Origin: Callorhinchus milii
Taxonomy: Eukaryota
Length of the DNA: 64,000 nt
Reading direction: 5' to 3'
Assembly: GCF_018977255.1 (NCBI RefSeq)
Contig: NW_024704742.1
Coordinates: 28,088,001-28,152,000 of the forward strand
The notes below the pieces were generated by a model. It did no database searches. It saw nothing but the letters and a program-made list of their open reading frames with translations, and was not told the DNA's origin. Shown here piece by piece: positions 13,065-26,535 of the stretch (its first letter is position 1; the number at the start of each line of letters is the position of its first letter). The position numbers and the translations under genes are program-made.

Positions 13065-13860
13065 CTATCACCCTGTTCCTTGCTTGGCTCCCTATCCCCC
13101 AGCAGATCGAATTCAAGATCTTCTTAATTACCTTTAAATTCTTCCCCTTCATCTGTACTAGAGAAACGAATATAATCCTACCGACGTGGTCATTCCCTTC
13201 ACTCAGCGAACACTGGCCACTCCATTTCCCCCACCCTATCCGACTCACCATCAGTAGGTGGGCTTTCAGTCATTCTGTTCCTCTGTGGAGTCCTGTAGCT
13301 CAGTGGTTAGAGCACTCGTCTTGTAAGTAAGACACCTGGGTTCAATTCCAGGCAGGGCGAAACCTTGGGCAAGTTTCTTTACTCCACATGCCTAATAATA
13401 ATCCCACCAAAAAAACAAAACAATTATAAATTGTTCATTTTCGATCCATGACTGTTTGTGGGACACTGCTGTGCGCAATTGCTGCTGTGTTTCGGCCACA
13501 AATATACAGTTCATTCACTTTACAGCATATTCTGTGAAGCGCTTTGAGATGTCCAGAAGATATGAAAAATGCTATATCAAAATGCAAGGATCATTATTAT
13601 TATTACTACCTTTGTGACTTCCTGTAATCTTACCGACCCAGTCATTCCCTTCACTCAGAAAGCACTGGCCTGCTTCATTTCCCCCACCCTGTCCGACTCA
13701 CCGTCAGTAGGTGGGCTTTCAGTCATTCTGTTCCTCTCTGTGGAACTCCATCCCAGAGTTTCTCTAACTCACTCCCTTTCCTCATTCAAGGTTTGTCTCA
13801 AGACGTACCTCTTTGACTGAGCTTTTGGTCATCTTAACCCTCCCACCTCCTTCGCCTCCC
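13065..13860 (+). mobile_element. Old L2 3' fragment hosting a SINE and a local duplication
   Basis: WLPIPQQIEFKI at the start; ggaactccatccc and aagacgtacctctttgac downstream. Confidence 0.75.
13286..13605 (+). mobile_element. tRNA-derived SINE, short subfamily A
   Basis: A box tagctcagtggttag, B box ggttcaattcc, (TAT)n tail. Confidence 0.92.
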
Positions 13861-13864
13861 ATCT

Positions 13865-14236
13865 AGAATCCTGTAGCTTGGTGGTTAGAGCACTCACCTC
13901 CAAGCAAGAGGACCTGGGTTTGATTCTCGGGCAGGGCGACACATTGGGCAAGTTTCCTTACTCTACAACGCTTCTGTTTACCTAGCAGTAAGTAAGAACC
14001 CAGTTGTCAGTCAATTGGCGGATTGTGTTCTGGGGCAATAAGCCCTTAAAAAAAGTAATAAGAATAATTTGGACATTCAATCCATGACTGTTTGTGGGAC
14101 ACTGCTGTGTGCATTGGCTGCCACATTTCGCCCACAAAATATACAGTCAATTCACTTTACATTATATTCTGTGAAGCGCTGTGAGATGTCTCAAAGACAT
14201 AATAAAGGCTATATCAAACACAAGGATTAATATTAA
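13865..14236 (+). mobile_element. tRNA-derived SINE, long subfamily B
   Basis: Same head plus central segment ctgtttacctagcagtaagtaagaacccag. Confidence 0.88.
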
Positions 14237-15269
14237 TGTCTTCTGGCTCAGGTACCTGTGCAATTTTGAAATACCCTCTCGATGTGAATGGCACAATATT
14301 AAATGCAAGAATCATTATTGTGTTAAATTTACCAGCAAACAGTCCTGATGTATCTTACCTCTTACACTTGCAGTAGATGAACCTTCATTTAACACATGCA
14401 GCATGGTTTCAGCTGTATAGGAAATATAAGAATAATATTCCTTGCATTTGAGTGAGTTCCTATGAGGTTGAAATATCTCCAAGTGTCCAAAAAGTTTTCT
14501 GTAAATTGGAGTGGCTGTGTGTTTGTAGGTGACGGACAATTTGGGGACAGTGATGTCCCGCAAACAGATTTGAAATGAATGTCAATCTTGTTTAGCACTG
14601 TTCACCGAGACACCAAGGAGAGACATCCTTCGCTATGAAATAACATGCAATAAGGGTAACAAAATGGTGAAACACCAGAGCACAAATTATTCTGAATTCC
14701 TTAAGATTCAAAGTGACTTCATAGTTGACACTCGTTAAGGAACATGATTGAGAACTACCACTGTTAGTGCAAAAGAAAAGGTAGAATAGAGGTGTTAAAG
14801 AAAAGTGGATGGTATTAGTGCTTTTTGGGTATTCAGGTTGAATAATATCTAGTGAAACATAAATATTCTTAAATCAGAATGTTCAGCATGAATTAATGAT
14901 AGAGAGAGGGAGTTCATGCAAAGAAGCAATTTAAATATTTTTGCAAAAATCTTTATTTATTCACCATTTTTTATGTCCTGAGTTTTGACATCATTTAGCA
15001 TTTTAATTATTTATTTACAATAATAAAGGTTGAAAATATCATGCAAATTGAAATATTGGGAAAATATGAAGGCGGGTGATCTGGTGTGTTATTTGGGTTC
15101 AGCACTATATGATGTTTTGAGTTACTGTCCGAATACAAAACAAATTGATGTGTATGATTGACATGTAAGCAGGTTGTTTGACGTAGACTAGGGTGTTTAG
15201 AAGTAGAGGATATACGTTCAAAACAAGCCAGCCCGAGGCAAAACTGCAGTTTAGGAAGTTTTTTTTGTA

Positions 15270-15410
15270 ACCCACAGAACCAAAGATATTTACAGTACAG
15301 AAGGAGGCTTTTCGACCCATAGTTTCTGTGCTGACTTTGAAAAAGCTATCCATTTAGTCCCATTCCCCATTTAGTTCCATATTTTTCCTTGTAGCCTTTT
15401 ATAATTCTTA
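15270..15410 (-). mobile_element. CR1 3' end fragment
   Basis: Similar to the CR1 3' UTR at about 11663-11800. Confidence 0.6.
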
Positions 15411-17479
15411 CTATAGAGTCGTGGGTATAATGGTTTTGACTCTAAACCAAACCAGCTGATGGTATGTCAATTAATGTCACTGAAAGGGAGCTAGCAGAGC
15501 GAGAGAAAGAAAATGGATGTGGGTGGCATCTTTGATCCCTGAATAGAAGAAACAAGGAGTTGGACAGAGTGAGTGGGGCTGGGGGATAAAAAGGAGGTAA
15601 ATTGTCAGGGAACAAATCTCAGTACAAAAAGATAAGCTTGTGGCAAGTGTGAATTATTGCTCTCCTATTATAATTTGCTTGCAATATGCACATATCACAT
15701 TTATTAGGACATGTAGATATTTATACGGTAAGAATGGGCAGGCATTGACTTAACAAGGCTGTTATTTTGAATAGAGTTGCCTAAGAAGAATTGCATGGTG
15801 GCACCAAGCTGTTCTATTCACGCAAGCAAACCACTCACCACTCAGTGAGAGCCAGGAAATAATGCTCAGCCACATCATATATATATATATTTAAATTATG
15901 TCAGTGGCCTTTCTATATAAACCTTTCATTTTAATGCTCTGAGCACGTTCGATCTGTTAACCTTTTCCTGACCATGAATTTCAGAGATTTCCAATCCTCT
16001 CCAGTAGGGAGATCACAGACTCCATGCATGGGGAAAAGGCAAAGTGTGAATGTTTTGAATCCCCAGCAGATTAACCTGAAGCAGGGCATGACTGGGCAGC
16101 TGAGGGAACATGGGTTGTTTAGAATGCAGACTTGGATTGGGGGCAGACAATAAAGCCTGTTCATGCTGCCCATTCAGCTAAACTTTCTGGCTGTTGCAGT
16201 CAGCATGATTATAATGGAGAAAAACATGACTACTTTCATGTCTCATTCAGGTCATGTTTAAAACAACACGTGCACATCTACATGTTTTGTGTGTTTGTGC
16301 GTTTTGTTTTTTTCCCCCCAGTCATCTTCTGCTCTCTTGTCACACATTGATAGCGGCTTTCAAATAATAATTAAGAAGTGGTGTAATTATTTAGAGTACA
16401 ATTGAAAAATCAGTGCCCGCTCACAGATGAGCTATGGATCCTCTTATAATGCAGAAAATGATCTGTAGATGGCCTTAACGGAGCATGCAGAAAGGCACTG
16501 ACGTGCTGCCGAAAAGCAGGAGACTGTTAATTCTGCTTGTGACTGGCAAAGCACAAATCCGGGGATCATAAATTCTGCTTTCTCAATGGAAGAGACTGTT
16601 TTCTTTAGATATTGCTGCCAGCCGAGACTGCCAGTCCATTGGAAAGCAAAGTAGGGAAGCCAGCCAACATTTAACTGCATTGTGTCCAGCCAGTGCCAGC
16701 TACTGTATTTGAGAAGCTGCCATTTTCTGCAGTAAATCTTGCAAATTATAAATAAAACATAGAAAACAGATGTCCACAGAAGTACTGGAATAATTTGCAG
16801 TGAGGAGCATGTAGTCTAACACATAAATAATACATATATACATATATAAAAACAAAAAAAATGTTTTTATAAAGGATAAGTGGGGTATGGTTTTGAACAT
16901 TGACTTAGAGTCATCAATTGATTGAACGATTTTGATATGTTTAGATTGCAGATTGGTCTGATATCCCATTAAACAAATCATGTTCAAGCATATTGTGTCC
17001 TTTATTATATCATCTAATGAAAAGGATTACAGAATCATTTGTAATTTGTTGGACACTGTTGGACATATTAATCCAAACCTGCACTTTAGGTTCTATTGAT
17101 GGTTGCAAAGTTTTACTGCCATAGGGTGACTACCTACTTAGCTTATTCAATAAAATAAAACAGTCCAGGAAAGCCAAACCTTTCTGAATTGGTAAGTGAT
17201 CTAAAGTAAGTTTCACTATCAAAATTGGTCCCAGCTTTGATAGAATTAAATGTATTCATTGCACACCCCGTCCCCCACTTCTTTCTGAAAAATAAAACTA
17301 AAATAGACTTCTCAACAATTGTTCCTGATTTACAATTCACAGACACAATATTATCTGTAAATGGAAAGGCAAGACGAACATTTATGCATAAATGCATTCC
17401 AAAGCATGGAAGCGTAATGATGTTTCCCCCATACCTGTTGGAGGTGAAATAGAATCAGAAAATGCCATTAAACCTGGAA

Positions 17480-17600
17480 CATTATTGGAATTTTTAAACA
17501 GAGGGTAATTAACAGATGGAACAGGTTGCTAGGATGGCAGGTGGAGGGGAAGACCCTGGACATGTTTAAGAAACAGCTTGATGCTGTAATGGGGGAATAA
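17480..17600 (+). mobile_element. CR1 ORF2 C-terminal fragment
   Basis: QRVINRWNRL...TLDMFKKQLD. Confidence 0.65.
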
Positions 17601-18404
17601 TTGGGTGAATATTGATGAGTTTTGAGATCAAAATAAAATCCTGTAAACTGCGGTGACTCAACAACTTGATAAAGCATGATATCAAATGCAAGGAATTTTT
17701 TAAAATCAAATTGCCCGATCATTTGTGATTTTGTGAGGAGAAAACAAATGTACAAAAAGCATTGCAGTTGGTATGATTCAGGACAAAAGCTGTGTTGCTT
17801 TATTGAGTAATTCTGCTTGTTCTGATACGGGAAATATGAACGACTGGTGCTCAAATGTTATGAGGTAACCCGTGAAAAGTCTATTGTTCATTAAAAATCG
17901 TGCCATGTTGGTAGCTCTGTCGCACTAGCAGCAGTCACCACCTCTGCTGTCACTCGATGTGAGATATAAAGCACGTAATATAACTGCAGCGGAAGAGATT
18001 TGTGCTTGAGTAGGCTTGTTGGTACTTTTCCCTCACTGCGCAGGAGTGATTGGATAATTTTCGTATGTTTTGCTACACCAAGCCTGCATTTAAACACTGG
18101 CCTTTTCACAATCTCTGACACTTTATTGAAAACTATTCAGTACAACATAATTCTCATGCACAAATGGACCCTGAGATATGCATATCTTTTTTGATGAGCT
18201 GACTTTGAGGGAGAGAAAAATAACTCTCTTTGAATTCAAATCTAGCAATCTAGCTGCCTCGCTGAATTTGCTGTTTAGAAAAGCTCCCAACCTCAAAAGT
18301 ACACTCAGGCAGCAGCTGATCTCAGAAAGAACAAATAATGACCTGTTTTCAATATGAGGATATACAATCTTAGTGGCTTTAACCTGTATAAGACATTTAA
18401 AGTA

Positions 18405-18542
18405 ATAAAGGGATTCAATAGGGTAGGTACAGAGAAACTATTTCCTCTGATGCGGGAATCTAGAACAGGGGGGCATAATCTTAAAATTGCGGAAAAGGCT
18501 TGAGAGACTGAATAGTCTACACTTGTTTCTATGTTTCTAAGA
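18405..18542 (+). mobile_element. CR1 3' fragment
   Basis: KGFNRVGTEKLFPLMRESRTGGHNLK plus tail ttctatgtttcta. Confidence 0.7.
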
Positions 18543-18654
18543 CTTAAGGAAGTGTGTACTTTAATCTACAACAGTCAGACATGTTAAAGCCACTAAGATT
18601 GGATATCCCCATATTGAAAATTCAGTTGCAGCATTAAGTGTAATAATCTACACT

Positions 18655-19790
18655 AAATGCAGAGGTTTGACTTGAAGATCCTCATATTGACTTTCAAGTT
18701 CCTCCACACCTTTGCCCATTTTTACCACTGCAATCACTTTCATTGTCCACCATTGTTAACTCTGACTGTGAGGAGATACTGGATTTCCTCAAGTCCCAAA
18801 TCAAGGGAATCTGATCAGCTGCCTCCGCCCTCCCAACCACCACTCCCTCCCTATTTCTCCCCAACCCCCCCATACTCCGACGCTTACCCATCACAGCACG
18901 GAAACTGTTCTGGTCAAGGTGTCCATCTGTGACCAGGGCTCCCTCTGCCTCCTTGTCCTCCACGATCTCTTTGCTGCCTTTGATACCATGGACCACTCCA
19001 TTCTCCTCCATCACCTCTCCTCTCATCTCAACCTTAAAGTTCTGTCTTTGAATGGTTTAGGTCTTATCTCTCATACTATCTCCAATTTGTCTCCGCCAAT
19101 GGTTTCTCTTCCAGCCCCTGCACTTGTGTGGTGTTTCTCAGGGCTCTACCCTCGGCCCCCTCCTCTTCAACCTCTATATGCTCCATGCAGACATGGGAAT
19201 AACTTCCACATGTATGCGGATGACACCCAACTCTATCCCTCTGCCTCTACCCTCGATTCCAGGACAACTGCTGTCCTGACAGAATGCCTGTCAACATCAA
19301 GTCCTGGATGAGAGCTAACTTTCTGCAGCTGAATGCCAGCAAGACCAAGGCCCTCCCGATTGGCTCGCGCCCGCGTCTCTGAAACTGAGGCACTGGCAGA
19401 ATCGCCATCCATGGATGCACACTCCATCTCTCCAAGCCAGTCAGGAACCTGGGCATCTTGTTCGACCCTCAGCTGTCCTTTCTCCTCCATATCCGTGCCA
19501 TGACCCGCTCTGCTTTCCCCCACCTCCGCCACTGCCTCACTCCTCAGGCTGCAGAAAGCCTCATACACACATTCATCACCTCAAGGCTAGACTATGGAAA
19601 CTCCCTCCTTGTTGGCCTCCCCAACTCTTCCCTCCACAAGCTACAGTCATCCAGAACTCTGCGGCTCGAGTCCTCTCCCGCACCAGGCTTTGTGACCCCA
19701 TCAACCCCACCCTTACCCAGCTCCACAAGCTCCCCAACCCTCAGAGGAAAGAATTCAAAATCCTCTTCCTCACTTCCAAGGCCTCTCCAC
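18655..19790 (+). mobile_element. L2 LINE RT region, internally deleted and degenerate
   Basis: DLFAAFDTMDH, FHMYADDTQLY, ITSRLDYGNSLL. Confidence 0.9.
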
Positions 19791-20574
19791 AGCAGACAGG
19801 ATCTTGGTTTAACATCCCGTATGAAGGAAAACATCTCTGTCAATGCAACATTCCCCAGCATTATACTTGGGTATCAGTTTAGGTATGAGTTCAAACTCCC
19901 ACAATTTTATATGACTTTATCTTTATTGTCCATTTTATTGAAAATATGTAATGCATGAACAAATATTGATCTCTGGATTGAACTCCCATTGACGAGAAGA
20001 AAAAACATATTTTGAAACTTGGCTTAAGGGCTAAACTGTGGGTGTTCAACAGAAAGAGTTCTGAAGACCTGGTACTTTTTTTGATTGTTTTTCCCACCAA
20101 TTGTCTCCCATTTTTTTGAAGGCAGTAACTTGTTACCTCAGGCAGTTACTTTAATCCAAGGTCTTGTCTGCCCATTCTTCAGATGGACATCAAATTACAT
20201 GGAATAATATGGCACAGAAACAGACCATTTGGCCCAACTAGTCTGCGCTAGATCCTATGGCACTATTTCAATACATAGTAAAATAAATTTGTAGGAAAAA
20301 TGATCATTCATGGCATAGCTGTTTGATGTGTACATCCAGCCACATTTACCTACAAAATTAATCATTGCACTCAATAGCAATTATTGTAAAGGACATTGAG
20401 ATATTTCAACACAATAAGACACTATGGAAATACAACTTCCCTCTTTTCCTTCCAGGCTATGATTCCACTGTTGCTTTTTGGTACCATGCTCATATATAGC
20501 TTTTTAGCAGGAAGGCTTAATGATGGTCAGCCATCTCTCCTGTGCACTTTCTCATTATGAATTCTAACTGTCAG

Positions 20575-20780
20575 AATGGGCTCAGGTAATGGCACTCTTG
20601 CCTCTGGATCAGAAGGTGATGGGTTCATCCCCCATGTCAGGTCTTGACCTCAAGGTGTAAGCTGATACTCTTGTGCATTTTTGAGTGGGGGAGCGGGGGA
20701 ATACTTGACAGTGATTACATGTGAAGGATTTTGAGATGTTTGGATGTAATGAGACACAATAAAAACACAAGTTCTTCTTT
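20575..20780 (+). mobile_element. Internally deleted Deu-type SINE
   Basis: Head ggcactcttgcctctggatcagaaggtgatgggttc joined to a decayed tail. Confidence 0.55.
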
Positions 20781-20877
20781 GTGAGCAGTTTGCTCAAAGA
20801 CAACCAGCAGAAACTCTAAAGGTTGACAATTATGCCACGAATAAAATTACCACCAAAGATGTTTAACATTACTCGGT

Positions 20878-21126
20878 TAAGAAAAATCCATCTGAGTCTA
20901 GATTTACTCTATTTTCTCAGGATTTTGATTTGCAGTATTTGGTACATCATTGAATTCAGTCCTAACTTTGAATATTTTTTTCTGAAGCTTTTAAATGAGC
21001 TTACAACCAACTTTAAAATTAAGGCTGTATTTAAGAATTTGTCCAAATTCTAATTCAATCCAAATTCTGCACGCTCTGAGTAAATAAAGACCAGAGTGGA
21101 ATTTGTCCCCAGAGAAATTATTCTCA
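20878..21126. mobile_element. Palindromic MITE-like element, copy 1
   Basis: Long imperfect inverted arms; homologous to 49502-49741 (shared tccatctgagtctagatttactct and ccaaattctgcacgctctg). Confidence 0.6.
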
Positions 21127-21559
21127 TTACGTACTTTTGAGTGAGGTTCTGTAGCACAAGTAGAACTTTAACCCCATTGTTCAGTTTCCTGAGACGCCAA
21201 TGTCAATTTCAAAACTTGGATGCAACCAATTATAAAGATTTATTAGGTCTGTCCTACTCAGGTTGTTGCAGGAAGAAGGACCACATGTAAATGCAAGGGT
21301 TGATTTTAGCGATGTACATTTCCTTGTTGCATTGTCCTACTTTTAACATTTTAACACTCATGGGCCAGGGCACCAGCACATGTCCAGGAGGGATTCTGTT
21401 AATGTAGATCTTATTGTTGGACTCAAATGTTACTAAAAATTTAGTCTCCTTAATAGTAATAGTCTATTTTCAGTTATTGCGCTGTCATTTGTGGTTAGCG
21501 TCACACAGTTACAGAACACTGTCACATGATAATTGGTTGTAGTTCTCATTAATTATTTA

Positions 21560-22280
21560 GTGATCCTATGGGATGTGCTCAATTTTAACCATCCTTCGCT
21601 CATATATTAAGGATCTACACAAACCAGTCCAAATGTACAGGATCATTACGTATAATTGAACAATACATTAATAAATCTTGACCCAGATGCATGAATAAAA
21701 CAGTTGGATGTCAAAGCCAGACTGTCCAGAATTCATTGCACCTTGCTACGGTTACCTGTGAGATGTCTCATTTCAAGACAGAAGAGACCTAGCTTGTCCT
21801 GGGCATGGGCAACCTCCTTGGGGTTTGGCAATATAGCCCAGCATCCTGTTTATCTTGGTTATTGCAACCTCGCACAGTATTGACATGTTGAGAGATGTGT
21901 CAATTTATACTCCTAGTCTCTTTCAGCTTCTCCCTTGATAAGTTCAATCCAATCCATGCAACAGGTGGTAACACATTCAACGTGATAATTATCACATAGA
22001 ATCACTTTGCAGTGTAAAGTAGTTACATTTTCAGATGGCACTGAAAATTAGCAGTGACTATGGAAGCAGCTAAGGCAGCAAAGGATTTAGAAAGAGCGAT
22101 GGTATGTGCTTGCTATGTTTACCTTGCATTATCTGTATTGAACTTAATTTAACAGTCATCAGGCCACGTGTATATCCCATCAAGCATTTTGTGATACATT
22201 AGCTGCCTCCTGACATTCCACAGTTCTCCAACTTGGTCTCAGCAGCAAATGTAACTTATCTAGCACTGTGTCTGTGAATT
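21560..22280 (-). mobile_element. Old CR1 ORF2 fragments just upstream of the exon
   Basis: atatagcccagcatcctgtttatc (NRMLGYI on the minus strand); homologous to 11450-11660. Confidence 0.65.
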
Positions 22281-22392
22281 GATTTAACTGTGGTCATTAT
22301 TGTATCAAATTTGTTACAAAACGTGATACATCTCTACATCTCTGCCCATGCGTTCCTTATCCTATGTTTATTTTAGCAATTTCTGTTAATGA

Positions 22393-22665
<273 letters not shown>

Positions 22666-24679
22666 TAACCCACCTCATATTTACTATACAAAACCAGCAA
22701 GGAACCCATAATCTGGGCAGCTCCATCCTGATTCCCACTAGACACACATTCACAGCACACAACTGTCTGTGAAAAGAGTTAAAGCTTATAGGAATCAGAT
22801 GACTGATCACAAGTATTATTGCTATTGTTATTGGTGTTAAAATATTCGGTGGCGCCTGCTGCGAACCAATTTCAGGTTACATGAGAATATAACTGATCTT
22901 ACAAAGGAATTGGTGTTATCCCTTTAAGCGAATCAACTGGAACTTGAAACCAAACAGCAAATGGTTGGATGAATGCTACTAACTGGTGCAGTGTTAATTT
23001 TAATCATTACACTCCCTTAAAAATGGGCTATTTAATACTAGCTTCCTAGTCCATATTCAGATAGCTGGCCTGGAATTTTTCAGAAATCAGAAAAACACAG
23101 GATCAAATCTAAAATGGGAAAAGGAACTATAAGGAGGGAAACACTACCAATGGTACAAAATTAAAGTACTTGCAATAAAATAACAATTTATTCAGATGAT
23201 AGTTTTGGATTAATGGTACAGTAATAGTTACTTCTGATCGTGGATAGATTTGTGTAGCGGGATATTAGTGTTTATTTCACTGTCACATAGCTTGAGCTAA
23301 AATCTTACAACATTGGATGGCCGAAGAAGATACAAATTTCTCTGGATCTGCCATCAATATCAAGGGCAAATGTGTTGAAAAAAAATAAAACAAGCCTGAG
23401 CACATCATTTCAGTAGCACAGACAATCGTTTTAGATCTGAGAACTTCCATTGAAATGTGATGGAAGCAGACACAGATCCCAAACCTTGATGAATTATTTG
23501 TTTTGACCTTTTCCTTGCCAAATCCAAAATCAGTTGGGTTTTACTGTACAGAGATAACTGAAGATATAGTCTTTGTGTATTTCTTCTCTCTCTCGATTTC
23601 AGCTCCAAAAGAGCTGCAGAATTTCAATCTACACCTCCATGAGATTCATGTGTCCAGCTTTCTGTACACTTGAGATTATCAAATGTGGATTGTAATGGCT
23701 GAATCTTTTATTGTACTTCCAATTCCCTTGCTGTCACATAAACAGTATAAATCCACGATAAGCATCAGGGACCTCTGGACATTTGCTGTCACATCAGTGA
23801 AACAGAGAGAACGATGAAGCCATGATCACCAATTCACAATGACAGTTAAGGTCTGTCATTTTCTTGCCCAGCTCTGGCTTTACACAAGGGTCCCTATTAT
23901 ATACTTGAATCCTAGTACTTCTGGGAATGTTGTCATCAAGCAGGGAATGGGATTGGATGAGTTCTTATGCCCAACAGCATGAGGGAGCTAAACTGTCATT
24001 TATAGTTGAACTAAGTGTACGTAGGTTAATCTACTGATGTGAATTCAATCCTCAGCACTGTCGGACTCCAATTCCTTCAGGTAGCTTTCTGTGATGTCAT
24101 TGCTTTCTATTAAAAAATTCAGAGCAGGTATGTAACAGTGGTGATACAACAGTACATGGGGTATTGCTGTTTGTGTGCTTGATGGTGGGAACAGGGGAAG
24201 GTGTGGAGGTTGGTTATGAAAGGCAGCAGGCCAGGTCAAATAGTGGTGAGATGTAGAATGAATAAACATTCGGCAGGCGTTTTTGCTGAATTACGTTTGA
24301 AGATCAGACAATATTTAATTTATAAACAAGGACAAATGCAGAGCTTTGTTGCTGGAACTGTGTGTAAAAGAGAAAACATTAGTGACCCGATGTGCAATAA
24401 CAATTGTGTTCGGTTAAGATTTTAAGACTTATTGCACATCTGTTAACAAGTTTATGTGGTATAAGTTGAAGACAGCTGTATCGTGTGTTCATAAATCCAA
24501 CAATTCAATGTGATTGCCATCCGGCGTGAAGGGCGCTATATAAATCCAAGTTGTTGTTGTTGATTGGCTGTAGGTGAGTCTCTTTTTGGGCTGTTCAGTA
24601 ACAGAATCCAATATTATTTCTGTAATGGTTAAGTTTCTCAACATCTAATGATATTCTTTGTGTTTGATATAGTGACTAA

Positions 24680-24985
24680 CATCAAAAGTTCTCAAATGTG
24701 TCGGGGGTTTGTAAGCAAATTCAGTTGCCAATTTGCAGGCAGCAAGGTACTTACTACCAAACATCCATGAAGTGAATGATCAATTTATTTGGAAGCTTGT
24801 TGGCCAGGACACCAAGAAAAACTAGTTTCTCTTTTCAATGTCGACTTGAGCAGCCAGGTGAGGTCTTGATTTAAGATCTCATTCACCGGAGTGGTCATCT
24901 TAGGCCATGAGTTCAAAGGCTTGAAATGGGGCTTAAATCCACGAACTATGAATCCAGAAACAAGAGTTTTACCAACTGAACTGAA
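24680..24985 (-). mobile_element. Old Deu-type SINE
   Basis: gttggccaggacacc and a reverse tRNA-like head. Confidence 0.6.
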
Positions 24986-26279
24986 ATGCCATGTTTGCAA
25001 AAAATACTGTTTTTTTCAGAACATGGCAGTACTCAGAGTCTGTAGTAAGTTCTGTAATAACAATGTTTCCAACAAGTGACCACTGGAGGGAATGGATGAC
25101 CAGATATCAAATGTCTTGTCCCGTAAGATTACAAACTGATTCACTGTTTACTTGGAAGATGCATTATGGAGATCCACAGACCATGATTTATCTATGTTAT
25201 AATCATATGATACCGCTGTATGATTCCAGTGACAAATGGTAACTGGTCACCTACAACTTGCTGGTACACCTGTAGGACGTGACTGGATGCACATTGGTGC
25301 TGTGATTGCAGAGAGGGCCACGTGACCTTTTCCTGCCAGTGTGCTTGAAAAACCAACTGAGAGAAAGTGACTGCAATTACAGGAAAGTGATGACTGTCCC
25401 CAGTCAGGAAATATGTTTATCGAGAGCACAGTTCAGCCGACAAGAATATGCTGGATTGTTAATGGTTACCGCTGTGCATTGTGCTTTGGAATGTGCTGTG
25501 TTAATCATTTCTTTCACAGTTAATTTGCTTTTACTATTCGTAAGCAGGCTATGAAACCGTCAACATTCTACTAATGTTCACATGTTTATTTCCTGACATT
25601 TGCGTTCCCGGATACACTAGACTAAAGTGAAATCCGTTCGTTTCTGTTGTTTGATTGGCTCTTGCTTTCAGGCAGTGCACCCCCAGATACAGGGTACATC
25701 ACACTGAGTAATAGATGATTCAGAAAGAATTCAGCCACCTGCCTCAAATTTTACTTTACGACTCACCTTGAGGAAGCTCCAGTGCCCTGATTTAGAAGTA
25801 TAATAAATGTACATGACTCAAACCTATTACTATTACGTTAATAAGATGCAAAATAGCAATTGACCAACAGATTTGATAATTATGAATGTTTCGCGAATTC
25901 TGTAATGAAGCAATGCATTTTCCCATTGATTCAAATAATGAGAATTCCCCCTGCCTCCCCCGACTTCAGCAGAAAGGTTGCATCCGAAGGCAGTTTTCCC
26001 CTCTATTGTGTGTGTATGTTGTGTGTGGTTGTGGCGGGGGGTTGCGGGGTTCACACACACATAATCAGTCTTTATGAATAGATGAAAAAGGAGAAAAAGT
26101 ACAATATTTCGTAATGGACTTCACAGTGCATTCAATAATTATTAAACCTGTTCTGAAAACAGCTCACTTTTTAGTTCTGGTTGATTTTCAAAGTCGTGCT
26201 GAATTACTTTTCTGTGCCGCTCTCTCAAAGACTTTCATCAAACAATTCTTCTTCATTTGTAGTTGGTGCTCAACATAAT

Positions 26280-26535
26280 GACCTGGTGCCAAACCCCACT
26301 ATAGGTGCCTCTCACCATGTGTTTGTGGAGCACTCTCCCTCAATCCCTCCGCTTTGCCCCCTCTCTCCATTTTTCAAGTCCCACCTGAAAACCTTCCTTT
26401 TTGACTGTGCTCAGTCACCTCCCCCTCCCCCCCCACACACACACACCCCCAGCTCAGAGTCAGGCTCCATCACTGTTAAGCGCTCTGAGACGCTGCTCTG
26501 CGTGGAGGGCGCTATATAAATACAAGTTGTTGTTT
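26280..26535 (+). mobile_element. L2 3' end
   Basis: FKSHLKTFLFD; tail gggcgctatataaatacaagttgttg. Confidence 0.75.

Noticed and set aside
16300..16352. Splice-acceptor-like tttttcccccAG as an extra exon
   Set aside because: No formin-like peptide follows and no convincing donor site
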